Shown here: positions 52,401 to 64,000 of the stretch, in pieces
Layout: each line of letters starts with the position of its first letter
Numbering within the stretch: the stretch's first letter is position 1
From: Camelus ferus
Lineage: Eukaryota
Direction of reading: 5' to 3'
Length of the DNA: 64,000 bases
Assembly: GCF_009834535.1 (NCBI RefSeq)
Contig: NC_045696.1
Location: 101,992,001-102,056,000, forward strand
Notes under the pieces: model-generated
The model's database searches: none
Seen by the model: only the letters and a program-made list of their open reading frames with translations
What the model was told of the DNA's origin: nothing
Program-made: the position numbers and the translations under genes

Positions 52401-55400
52401 CACTCCTTTCCCTGGGTTTTGTAGACAATGAGAAGTCTTGATTTCCGACTTTACTTTCTCAGGCTAACCTGAGAGTTAATGCAAATCTAATTTTACAGAT
52501 AGTATATCTTTATTTATTATTTATTTATTTGTCAGTTTTTATTGAAATATAATTGATTTCAAATTCTTTTTCAGATTCTTTTCCATTATATATTATTACA
52601 TGATATTGAATATTGTTCCCTTTGCTATATGATAGGTTCTTGTTGTTTATCTATTCTATATATAATAGTGCATATATGTTAATCCCAAATTCCTAATTTA
52701 TCCTTTCCCTTCCTTTCCCCTTTGGTACCCATAGTTTGTTTTCTCTGTCTGTGAGTCTATTTCTGTTTTGTAAATAAATTCATTTGTAAAAGTTTTTTAA
52801 GATTCCACATTTATATCATATGATATTTGTCTTTCTCCAACTTATTTCACTTAATATAACAATCTCTAGGTCCATCCATGTTGCTGCAAATGGCATAATT
52901 TATTCTTTTTATGGCTGAGTAATATTCCACTATAAATATAATATAATAATAATATAATATAATATACACACATCCATATAACTGGGTTGTTTGTTTCTTT
53001 GATATTAAGCTGTATAAGCTGTTTGTATATTTTGGAAATTAGTCCCTTGCTGGCTGCATCATTTGCAAATATTTTCTCCAATTCCATAGGTTGTCTTTTT
53101 GTTTTGTTTATGGTTTCCTTTGCCATGCAAAAGCTTTTAGGTTTAATTAGATCCCATTTGTTTATTTTCACTTTTATTTGCATTACTCCAAGAGATGGAC
53201 CCCCCAAAAATATTGCTGTGATTTGTGTCAGAGAATGTTCTGCCTATGCTTTCTTCTAGGAATTTTATAGTATCTAGGCTTTCATTCAGGTCTTTAATCC
53301 ATTTTGAGTTTACTTTTGTATATGGTGTTAGAGAATGTTCTAATTTCACTCTTTCACATGTAGCTGTCCAGTTTACTCAACACCGCTTATTGAAGAGACT
53401 GTCTTTTTTCCACTGTATATCTTGCCTCCTTTGCCATAAATTAGTTGACCCTAAGTGGGTGGACTTATTTCTGGGCTTTCTATCCTGTTCCATTGATCTA
53501 TGTGACTGTTTTTGTGCCCATACTATACTGTTTTGATTACTGTAGCTTTGTAGTATAGTCTGGGGTCAGGGAGAGTAATTTCTGCAGCCCCATTTTTCTT
53601 TCTCAAGATTGTGTTTGGCTATTCAGGGTCTTTTATGTTTTCATACAAATTAAAAAATTTTTTATTCCAGTTCTGTGAAAAATGCCATTGCTAATTTGAA
53701 TGAGATTGTATTGAATCTGCCTTGGGTAGTATGGCCATTTTAACAATATTGATTCTTCCAATCCAAGAACGCAATACATCTTTCCATCTGTTTGTGTCAT
53801 CTTCAGTTTTTTTCATCAGTATCTTGTAGTTTTTGGAGTACAGGTCTTTTGCCTCCTTGTGTAGGTTTTTCCAAGGTATTTCATTCTTTTTGATGTGATG
53901 GTAAATGGGGTTGTGTCCTCAATTTCCCTTGCTGATATTTTATTGTTAGTGTTTACAAATGCAACAAATCTCTGTACATTAATTTTTTTATCTTGCAACT
54001 TTAATAAATTCATTAATGAGCTCTAGTTGTTTTCTGATAGCATCTTTAGGATTTTCTATGTATAGTATTATATCACATGCAAACAGTGACAGTTTTACCT
54101 CTTCTTTTCCAATTTGGATTCCTTTTATTTCATTTTCTTCTCTGATTTATGTGGCTAGGACCTCCAAAACTACATTGAGTAGAAGTGGTGAGAGTGGGCA
54201 TCCTTGTCTTAGAGGAAATGTTTTCAGCTTTTCACCACTGAATGTGATGTTAGTTATGCTTTGTCATATATGATCTTTATTGTGTTAAGGTATGTTCCCT
54301 CTCTATACCCCCTTTCTGGAGAGTTTTTTAAAAATCGTAAATGGATGTTGAATTTTATCAAAAGGTTTTTCTACATCTTTGAGATGATCATATAGTTTTT
54401 ATTCTTCAATCTGTTAATAGAGTGTGCCACACTGATTGATTTGAAGATACTGAAAAATCCTTGCATTCCTGGAATAAATCCCAGCTGATCATGGTGTATG
54501 ATACTTTTAATGTATTGTTGAATTCGATGTGCTAGTATTTTGTTGAGGATTTTTGCATTTATGTTCATCAGTGATATTGGCCTGTAATTTTCTTTTTTGT
54601 GTTATATTTTTGTCTGATTTTGGTATCAGAGTGATGATGGTCTCATAGAACAATTTTGGAGTGTTCCTTCCTCTGCAATTTTTTGGAGTGATTTCAGAAG
54701 GATAGGTGTTAACTCTTCTCTAAATATTTGGTAGAATTCACCTGTGAAAACATCTAGTCCTGGATTTTTCTTTGTTGGGAGTTTTAAAATTATTGATTCA
54801 ATTTCACTAATGGTAATTGGTCTGTTCATATTTTCTATTTCTTCCTGATTCACTCTTGGGAGATTGTACTTTTCTAAGAATTTTTCCATTTCTTCTAGGT
54901 TGTCCGTTTGGTATATAGTTGCTTGTCATAGCCTCTTATGGTACTTTGTATTTCTGTGGTGTCACTTGTAACTTCTCCTTTTTCATTTCTGATTTAATTG
55001 ATTTGGGCCCTTTCTCTTTTTTCCTCAAAGAATCTGGCTAAAGGTTTATAAATTTGGTTAATGTTTTCAAAGAATCAGCTTTTAGTTTCATTGATCTTTT
55101 GTGTTATTTAGGTTTTATTTCACTTACTTCTGTTCTGATCTTTTTGAGTTCTTTCCTTCTACTAATTTGGGGCTTTGTTTGCTCTTCTTTCTCTAGTTGC
55201 TTTAGGTTTAAGGTTAGGTTGTTTATTTGAGATTTTTCCTATTTCCTGAGTTAAGCTTGTATTGGTATAATCTTTCTTAGAACTACTTTTGCTGCATCCC
55301 ATAGGTTTTGGATCATTATGTTTTCATTTTCATTTGTCTCTGGGTATTTTTAAATTTCTTCTTTGATTTTTCCAGTGACCCATTGGACGTTTAGTAGCAT

Positions 55401-56046
55401 ATTGTTTGGCCTCCGTGTTTTTTTTTTTTTTTTTTGCAGTTTTTTTTTTCTTGTGGTTGATTTCTAATTTCATATTGTTGTGGTCAGAAAAGATGCTTAA
55501 TATGATTTCAATTTTCTTAAATTTACCAAGGCTTACTTTGTGGGCCAACATGTCATCTATCCTGGAGAAGATTTCATGTGCACTTGAAAAGAATGTGTAT
55601 CCTGCTGCTTTCGGACAGAATGCTCTATAAATATCAATTAAGTCCATCTAGTCCAATGTGTCATTTACGACTTGTGTTTCATTATTGATTTTCTGTCTGG
55701 ATGATCTGTCCATGATGTAAATGGGGTGTTAAATTCCCCACTATTATTGTGTTACTGTCAATTTGTCCCTTTATGTGTCCCTAAATGTCTATTAACTTTT
55801 GCCTTATATATTGAAGTGCTCCTATGTTGGGTACATATAAATTTACAATTGTTAAATCTTCTTCTTGGATTGATCCTTTGATCATTATATAGTGTCCTTC
55901 TTTGTCTCTTGTAACAGTCTTTATTTTAAAGTCTATTTTGCCTGATATAAGTATTGCTACTCTGGGTTTCTTTTGATCTCCATTTGCATAGAATAACTTT
56001 CTCCATCCCCTCACTTTCAGTTTGTATATGTCTCTAGATCTGAAGG

Positions 56047-56358
56047 TTTTTTTTTTTTTTACTAAATAAACATCCTCAAAGAAAATGTGTATTGGTAACA
56101 TGAAGTAGAGGTAAACAGTTATAAAGAAGGGAAATATTTTGTATTAACAATAAAAATTAATAGATTAGATGAGTCAATGATTAATGAGTGGTAAATACTG
56201 TGTAGCACAGAGCTTTTACAGGCTTCAGAAAGAATACAGAAAATGTGATGTGAAAAGATTAGAAGTAGAGATTTCAGCAAGATACTGAAGTGGGGAAAAC
56301 TCCACAAGTGAAGAGGAGAATCCACTTGGAAGGAAGAAGAGTGCCAATTTTATATATG
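56047..56358 (-). other. Nested polyadenylated retroposed insert (5'-truncated retrocopy or orphan transduction) of unknown source
   Basis: Interrupts the L1 EN region between CCLQET and FRSRDIYKLKVRGW; T14 at 56047-56060; variant polyA signal AATACA (plus strand TGTATT, 56088-56093); imperfect TSD TGAAGGTTTTTT/TGAAAGTTTCTT. Confidence 0.75.
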
Positions 56359-56668
56359 TGAAAGTTTCTTGTAGGCAGCAAATATATAGGTCTTGTTTTT
56401 GTATCCATTCAGCTAGTCTGTGTCTTTTGGTTGGAGCATTTAGTCTGTTTACATTTAAGGTTATTATTGATATATATGTTCTTAATGCCATTTTGTTCAT
56501 TGTTTTGAATTTATTTTTTGCAGATTTTTCCCCCTTTTCTTCTTTTGTTCTCTCCTATCATTTGGTGACTGTATTCAGTGTTATGTTTGTATTCGTTTTT
56601 CTTTCTTGTGTGTTTATCTATTATAGATTTTTGATTTGTGATTATCATGAGGTTTTGGTATACCAACT

Positions 56669-56725
56669 TGTGTGTATGTGTGTGTGTGTGTGTATATACA
56701 TATACATATAAAACATACATATATG
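56669..56725 (+). repeat. (TG)n/(TA)n microsatellite expanded within the L1 spacer
   Basis: Direct reading of the sequence. Confidence 0.85.
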
Positions 56726-59700
56726 TCATTGTTTTAAGTTGCTGATCTCTTCAAATTCATTTAAAATACCCTGCATTTGTACTTTCCTCCCCTCACAATT
56801 ACTGTTTTTGATATCATATTTTACATCTAGTTGTTTAGTGTATCCCTTAAGTGCTTTTTGTGGATACAGATCATTTTACTACTTTTGTCTTTTAAACTTG
56901 CTGCTAGTTTGTGTGTGGATGATTTCCTACCATTACTGAATATTTGCCTTTGCCAGTGAGCTTTTCCATTTTATAATTTTGTTTCTAGTTGTGGCCTTTT
57001 CTTTTTTTCCTAGAGAAGTTCTTTTAGCATTTGTTGTAAAACTGGTTTTGTGGTGCTGAATTCTTTTAGCTTTTGCTTGTCTATAAAGCTTTTGCTTTTT
57101 CCATCAAATCTGCATGAGAGCCTTGCTGGTTAGAGTATTCTTGGTTGTAGATTTTTCGCTTTCCTCACTTTAAATATATTGTGCCACTCCCTTCAAGCCT
57201 GCAGAATTTCTGCTGAAAAATCGTTTGATAGTCTTATGAGAGTTCCCTTGTATGTTATTTGTTGCTTTTCCCTTGTTGCTTTTTAATATTCTCTCTTTAT
57301 CTTTAATTTTTTGTCATTTTAATTCTACTGAGTCTTGGTGTGTCCTTAGGGTTAATCCTATATGGACTCTTTGTGCTTTCTGGATTTGGGTGACTGTTTC
57401 CTTTCCCAGGTTAGGGAAGTTTTCATCCATTATCTCTTCAAATATTTTCTTAGGCCCCTTCTCTCTTCTCCTGGGACATCTATAATGTGAGTATTAGTGT
57501 GCCTGATGTTGTCCCAGAGATCTCTCAAACTGTCCTCATATCTTTTCATTATTTTTTCTTTTTTTTGTTCTGCAGTAGTGTTTTCCACTACTCTTTTCCA
57601 GCTCACTGATTGTTCTTCTGCCTCATTTATCTACTATTGATTCCTTCTAGTGTATTTTTCATTTTAGTTATTGTATTCTTCAGTTCTGATTGTTCTTTAT
57701 ATTTTCTAAATCTTTGTTAAAAATTTCTAACTTCTAACTCTGTGCATCCATTCTCCTCCCAAGTTCTTTGATCATCTTTACAATCATTACTCAATTCTTT
57801 CTTGGGCAGATTGCTTATCTCCCCATCACTTAGTTATTCTTCTGGGATTTTATCATGTTCCTTTACCTGTAACATATTCCTCTGCCACCTCATTTTGTCT
57901 AAATTTCTATTTATATTTTTGCGTATGTGGTAGGTTAGTTATGTTTCTCAACCTTGGAGAAGTGGCCTTCTGTAGGACATGTCCTAGGCATCCCAAAAGT
58001 GCACTCCCTTCTTATTGCCCAAGGGCCAGCTAATCCTGGGGTTAAATCTGGCCTGCATTTTTGTACTCATTTCACAGACTGCAGAATCGCAGTTTTCTTG
58101 CTTCTGGTGTCTGCCCCCTGGTGGATGAGACTGGTTTAAAGGCCTGTGCAGGCTTCCTGGTATGAGGGTTCAGTGCCGGCCCACTTGTGGGTAGAGCTGA
58201 GTCTTAGCTCTCAGGTGGATAAGAGTGTGTCTAGGGGCATATCTAGGGGTGACTGTGGATTCAGGAAGTCTTTAGGCAGCCTGTCTGCTGATGGGTGAGG
58301 ATGTGTCCCCACCAGTTATTTGTTTGGCCTAAGGTGTCCTAGCACTGTCACCCACAGGCTGTTGGGTGGGGCTGGGTCTTGGTGCTAATGATCCAAGCAA
58401 TATGTGAGCCTCCAGGAGAGTTAATACAGATATATACTCCCCAATATGTCTGCCACCATGTCTGTGTCCTTAGGATGAGCCACAGCCACCCCCTCCTCAC
58501 CTCCCTAGGAGATCCCCAATACCAGCAGGTAGTCCTGGCTCAGGATCCTATAAAATTGCTGCTTTTGCCCTTGGTTTCAGTGAGCATGAGATTTTGTGTG
58601 TATCCTTTAAGAGCGAACTCTCTATTTCCCCCAAGTCCCATGGAGCTCCTGCAATTAATCTCCACTGGGCCTTCAAAACCAAATACTCCAGGGGCTCCTC
58701 TTCCTGGTGCCAGTTCCCTGGGCTGGGTAGCCTGATGTGGAATTCTCATTTCTATAGGAAAAACTCTGCAATATAATTATTCTCCAGTTTGTGGGTTGCC
58801 ACATGGGAAGTGTGGAATTTGAAAATATTGGGAGTCTACCCCTCCTACTTGGCTTGTTGTGGTTCCTTCTTTATGTCTTTAGTCATGGAAGATCTTTTCC
58901 AGTCTTTTTTTTTATCAATGGTTGTGATTTTGGTGTCTTTGTGAGAGGAGGTGAGCTCTGGCTCCTTCTACTCTGCCATCTTGGCTGCCAGCCATAAGTT
59001 TGTTTTCTGTGCCTGTGAGTCTCTTTCTGTTTTGTAAATAGGTTCATTTGGAATAGCATATCTTTTAAATCTAGGATTCCAGGGCTGAACAAAAATGACT
59101 TGAATAATTCCTGGAGTTCCTTAAAGGGGAGGAGTTCTTTTATTTGAGGACTTTAGGAATCTATTGTTGACTTTTCTGCTTCACATCATTGATTGCAGAA
59201 GCTTTAATCATTATTAAGATTTTCATTTAGGTAGTTGATCCTCAAAAGTGATTACTTTCTCTTTGAGGAATGAGGAGAAAGAAGAGAGTTTATTTTCATT
59301 TTTATTTTTCCAACAGGGCAAGAAGTGTGGCTCTCACAGGTATTAATGTTGATTTTGTCAGGGACTGCATTCTATGTCTTAGTGAATAGACCCTTCATTC
59401 TACCCAAAGCAAGTATTTGAGTACACTGTTTATTGTCATTTGTTAAATGGATTCAGTTGGGCTGTAGCCAGATTGAATTGATGCATGTTTACCAAAGTAT
59501 GGGTGACAACGCAATGCACAATCTTATCGTCTTTGTTATGACTTAGCCAGAAGATACTTCACCTGGGGTTTTCTTTAGTCATTTAGAGAAGGGGAGTAGA
59601 GGAAAAAGCATGGCTATGTTACCTAAGTTTTAATTCATCTTCCAGCTCTGTCACCAATGTAACTTGAACACATTACTGAATCGCTCCATAATAGGGTCTG

Positions 59701-61259
59701 TTCATCCACAAACCTCCCCAGCAGGTTTATGATTTGTGATGATTAGAGATAGTACCTGTATATAACGTAACCAGAACGAAATCAGCACTCAGTAAGTGCT
59801 AAGTGCTGACACTAACATTATTACCTAGGTACTAATTAGTGTAATAACACATATACATGGGAGGACACGAGAACATTGGAAAACAAGATTAATTAGAAGG
59901 TTGAAGAATGAACTTTGAAATGGAAGACTATAGAGACTAAGGTTCATGATATTAGAAACGAGAAGAAAGACAATTTATTAATGGTATTTTGCAGTATGAA
60001 GTGTTATTATCCTAAAGATGGCAATTGTTTGCTATTTAACTGAATACAAAGTAGGAAAACTGGGGCCTATAATATAGGATGGTGAATAGAGGTTAGACAA
60101 GCTGTTCCCATGATGTTTGCATACACTAGACTCTTGATAAATTAGTTGAATGAAAGCACACATGAATTAATGAGCAAATGTAGAATAATTTCCTAGTGTT
60201 TATGTTTCTTGAACATTAAAGAGATTGGAGACGTGATTAAAGAGGGACTTTCCACTGTCTTGACAACATGTTATTTCTGAGCTGGGTGAGTATATATTTA
60301 CTATAGTTGTGTGTTGGTTTATTTATTATTTCTTTTTGAATAGGTTAAATATTGCATAATAATTTTAGAAATAATCACACCACTAAAACAGATTTAGGTG
60401 TCGCAGAGAATAAAATCCTTTTGCAAAGAGGCTTAGTGATGAGAAGGAATAACAGGAGAGAAGGATACCAAAATGCTCACTTCTGCAGCACCTGTGGAAT
60501 ATGCTGTGCCAGCTCCCCAGGATTTAGCATGTAGGAGGCTGGGCCACAGATATTTCGTTCCTTATCATCACTGCCCTGGAATGGAGGCTGCAGCCAAGGC
60601 AGGAGGGAAAGGCATTCTGCTGGAGACAGCTCACAGCTCCCACGGTGTTCCCATGGAGAAACTGGACTAGTTCTGAGCACGTTACATGAGGGGCTGAGAC
60701 CTCAGCCTTTCCTTTTAGCATCTCATTGGCCTGCAGTGGTAATAGCTATCATGATTCTGTGTGTTTTTCTACTAAATTAGCAAAAATTTAAACTAATGCT
60801 CAGAGGTAGTTAAGTGTTGAGTGAATGAAAATAGAGCATCCTTCCTAATACTGAAAAATAAAATTGTAGAAATATATGAACGATTAATGGTTGTGAGTAT
60901 TACTGACTCCAGTAGATGGACTTTTGTGGTCTCTGTTTCCACTGGACAGCTGCTTACACCTTTGGCTCCAGTTTGGTCCTTCTCTCAGAGTACCTCATTG
61001 GATAATTTGTCCTGGGATCAAAATGCCTGTCACAAATGGTTACAGTGGATCCTGGGCCCTTACAAATGGAGGACCAAAAGGAGACCAGTTCTCCCCCTTC
61101 ATTCCTTCCTCTGAATTGTGAACCTCTAAAAAAAGGGTTTCTACAGCCTTGTGACCATAAGCCTGCTCTCCCCTACTCCCGGTCCCTTTCAAAATCCTCC
61201 TTGGGGCCATTCTGAGTATGAGACCCATGAGTGGAGGTAGTAGGGACAATGTTCCTTCA

Positions 61260-61660
61260 TTCTTTTTTTTAAATTGTGGTTAAATATATGTAAACTGAAT
61301 GTTACCATTTTAAATATTTTAAAGTATATAATCCAGTGGCATTAATTGTATTCCCAATGTTACACTGTACAACCATTATCACTATTTATTTTCAAAACAT
61401 TTTCAACTCACCATATAGGAACTTTTGTAACCATTAAGCAATAACTCCCCATTCTCCTCTCCTCCAAGCCCCGCCGGTAACCTCTAATCTACTTTCTGTC
61501 CCTATGAATTTGCCTAGTCTAGATATTTCATGTAAGTGGAATCACATAATGCTTGTTCTTTGGTATCTGGCATATTAATTTAGCATTAATGTTTTTAGGG
61601 TTCATCCATGCATGTTGTAGCATGTGTCAGAACTTTACTCCTTTTTATGGCTGAATAATT
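61260..61660 (-). mobile_element. L1MB-type 3' end fragment
   Basis: T tail, AAATTGTGGT...CAGTGGCATTAA...CTCTAATCTACTTTCTGTC...TTTTTATGGCTGAATAAT. Confidence 0.8.
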
Positions 61661-61839
61661 TTTGTTCAACATAAGTCCATTGAGCACTTACATTTTCATA
61701 GCCCTGAGTCAGCTATACAAAGATGAAAAAATAATACATGGTCTGTGTTCTCAAGATGGTCATGATGCAGGGAAAGATGAGGGAAGGACTTATGGAAGGT
61801 GGAAAACAAGTAAATGAGTCATTATTGGTTGTACCATGT

Positions 61840-62335
61840 GCTAAGTATGTACGTCATGTAAAAGTAAAAATCAAACAAATAAGACCAGTTTAAAATGCTT
61901 TGAACAATAAGTGGATTTATTGTCTCAAATAACCTAATGTCTAGAATTCTTCCAGTTGGTTAACTGAGCAACTTAAATCTAGGCCAGTTTCCTCTGATCC
62001 TTTTGCTCTGCCACCTCCAGACTCCTCCTATCAAGCTAACTCCCTTCTTCACAATAGCTGTTAGGTTGGACAATAGCTAAAACATTTCTAGGCAGCTATT
62101 TCTCATACACAGACATCCAAAAGTGGGAACAGGGATTATCTCCACCTTGAGTGTCCTTTTAAGAGCTAAGAAACATTTTCCACAATATCCACCCACCCCC
62201 AGCAGATTTCCCCTCGTGTTTCATTGACTTAGATTGTCCTACATCACCCCTGGGTGGGGATGGTGTAAGGCCTTTCTCACTCAGAGTGCTCTGAGGGAAG
62301 TCACCTGAACAAACTTTGGATTCTTCTGGCAACAC
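61840..62335 (-). mobile_element. Old MaLR (MLT1-type) LTR
   Basis: GATTTATTGTCTCAAATAAC...CAGCAGATTTCCCCTCGTGTTTCATTG. Confidence 0.5.
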
Positions 62336-64000
62336 AGGAAGGAAAGGGCCTAGGGTGATGGACCACATTCTGTTACTTCCTGGGACAGAAGTGTTCATGG
62401 AGTCTCTAATCAGCTTACAGAGTGGGAAGAGATTAGATAGGATCTTCTCTTGATGTTTTATTTCTCTGAGGCTCACAAACTGGTTACTTACATCAAATTC
62501 TTCTTTCTTTTGTAACTAATAGTTTTATTTCTAATATTGAAGTCCACATGCTTCTTAAAAAATGTTTAGAATAAAAATATATAAAGTAGAAATAAAAATA
62601 AGACATAATTCTACTATTCTGGGATTTTTATATATTTCTTTTCTTTTTCCATAAATTATAGATCACATATAATTTGTTAAAAAAAATCAGGTATATAAGC
62701 CATGTAACTTTATTTCCTGTAATTCAAATCACCATTATGCCTGGAAGCAAAAACAAAAAATCTTGACTTAAATTAATCTCAATCAATTCAAGATTTGAAT
62801 TAGTCAATCCAAGTCATCCCCAGTCAGTTCAAGGTGTTCTCTTTCTCTTTTCTTGGGGATTCTCTAAGTTCCAGGAGTCACAGTGTTGGTGGAAAGTCAG
62901 GGCATCTGGATTTCATTGTCCTCTGTCCACAGTCCATGGCTAGATCTGCATCCTGGGTAGTTTCTCAGTTTTGGTCCAAGCAGATGACCACTATGTCCTC
63001 ATTGTTTCTACAGCTAGACCTCTTGGATCTGCCAGCTGTATTGCCTGTCTCTTTGCCAAGAATTGCACAGGAGGTATGGCCAGGGATGAGGTTAATGAAG
63101 TATTTAGGTGGATTCTATTGAAGCATGGATTTATCTGTTGTAAAACTGGACATTAAACATTTAAGTGAAGGCTTTGTTGATGAGAAGTTAAAATCAAAGT
63201 GGTCAGAGGCTGTCCTCAAATCCCCATTCATAATTCCCACGGGTCTGTCTAAGATATTCATACATGCAGCTGAATGTAGTGTTGCATAAAGCTCTTTCTT
63301 TGAGGTTAATACCATAAACATACACTTTCATTTATGAGAAAAGAGGTTAGTGGAACTTGAGATATCTCTGTCACATAAGGAGAGAGTGATGAAGAGCTGT
63401 CCCACTTTTCTTTGTAAACTCTCTATTTGTCCATGATTGGATTGCAGTTTAAATACAAATTAAGATATTTGCAAATAAAATACAAAATACAATTTAGGAG
63501 GCCAAATTAAGGGACTTGGGGATTTTTGACAGAGAGACATAAACTGCCACCAAGTTTCAGACAAAGTGATGTATTTTAAATTCATGGCACAGTGTGCTTA
63601 GCTTTTGAAGTATGAGATCTGGGCCTTCTGTCGTCGTCAAATTCATCCTCTGAATCAGTGACACATGGTCCAATAAACATCAAGTGACAGCTCCTAGTCA
63701 GTAACCAACACAGGGTTTCTGGAGCGGATCCAATCCTCAAGAACAGAAGCCATGTAAATAAACTCTGTTGGGCAGGTTGTGCACCGAGAGCAAACCAGAC
63801 TAAGACATCAAGGCAATTCCTGGACATATTACTGTAGCTGAACAGATGGCAGGCAAGAGAAGTGCTTAAAGGAGCCACTGGAGCACAATTTCAAGCGATG
63901 TCTCACATCCTCTGACAGTTGGAGAGTGATAGAAGAAAACAGATCACGGGGATATATTACCACTCAGAAAGGAATGATTTCATTCAAAGATGACCAAGGC

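Larger units (their letters stand above)
52512..59052 (-). mobile_element. Older, decayed, near full-length LINE-1
   Basis: Fragmented ORF2 (ATG at 56491, MALRTYISIITLNVNRLN...; RT pieces) and ORF1 (~57010-57893, MRWQRNM...EFSTTKPVLQQMLKELL*); 5'UTR with YY1 motif GCCATCTTGG at 58975-58984; (TAAA)n-like tail; TSD ATAGtATATCTTT 52499-52511 vs ATAGcATATCTTT 59053-59065, followed by T/AAA. Confidence 0.95.

Noticed and set aside
62800..63900. Protein-like snippets (DSEDEFDDDRR; GRSKRSSCRNNED) as a processed pseudogene
   Set aside because: Short, discontinuous frames; no polyA/TSD and no recognisable parent gene.
1..64000. Prokaryotic-type systems (CRISPR, operons, retrons), tRNA/rRNA genes, and the many 60-130 aa ORFs
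   Set aside because: The DNA is mammalian; there are no repeat-spacer arrays or structured RNA gene signatures, and the short ORFs are what chance and repeat content would produce.

Overview
This is mammalian (eutherian) non-coding DNA, AT-rich and dense in repeats. No protein-coding host exon, RNA gene or CRISPR array can be supported from the sequence. The window is dominated by two minus-strand LINE-1 elements. (1) A young full-length ~7.1 kb L1 (19029-26121) has a perfect 15-bp TSD and a CpG-rich 5'UTR; ORF1 and ORF2 are inactivated by 4 stops and 3 frameshifts. From memory it resembles camelid L1, which is not verified. (2) An older, decayed, near full-length L1 (52512-59052) lacks its CCHC region, carries a nested ~300-bp polyadenylated insert and has an unusual 3'UTR-derived piece at its 5' end inside the TSDs. 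The rest is ancient MIR, L2, L1M, MaLR/ERV solo LTRs and hAT fragments, plus unique stretches with CTCF, octamer and homeodomain motifs. The best lead is a 75-codon strong-Kozak ORF in the long inter-ORF spacer of the young L1. It follows a splice-acceptor-like site, overlaps the ORF2 start, and has a same-frame homologue in the older L1. Ancient-repeat family names and boundaries come from recalled consensus sequences and are approximate.
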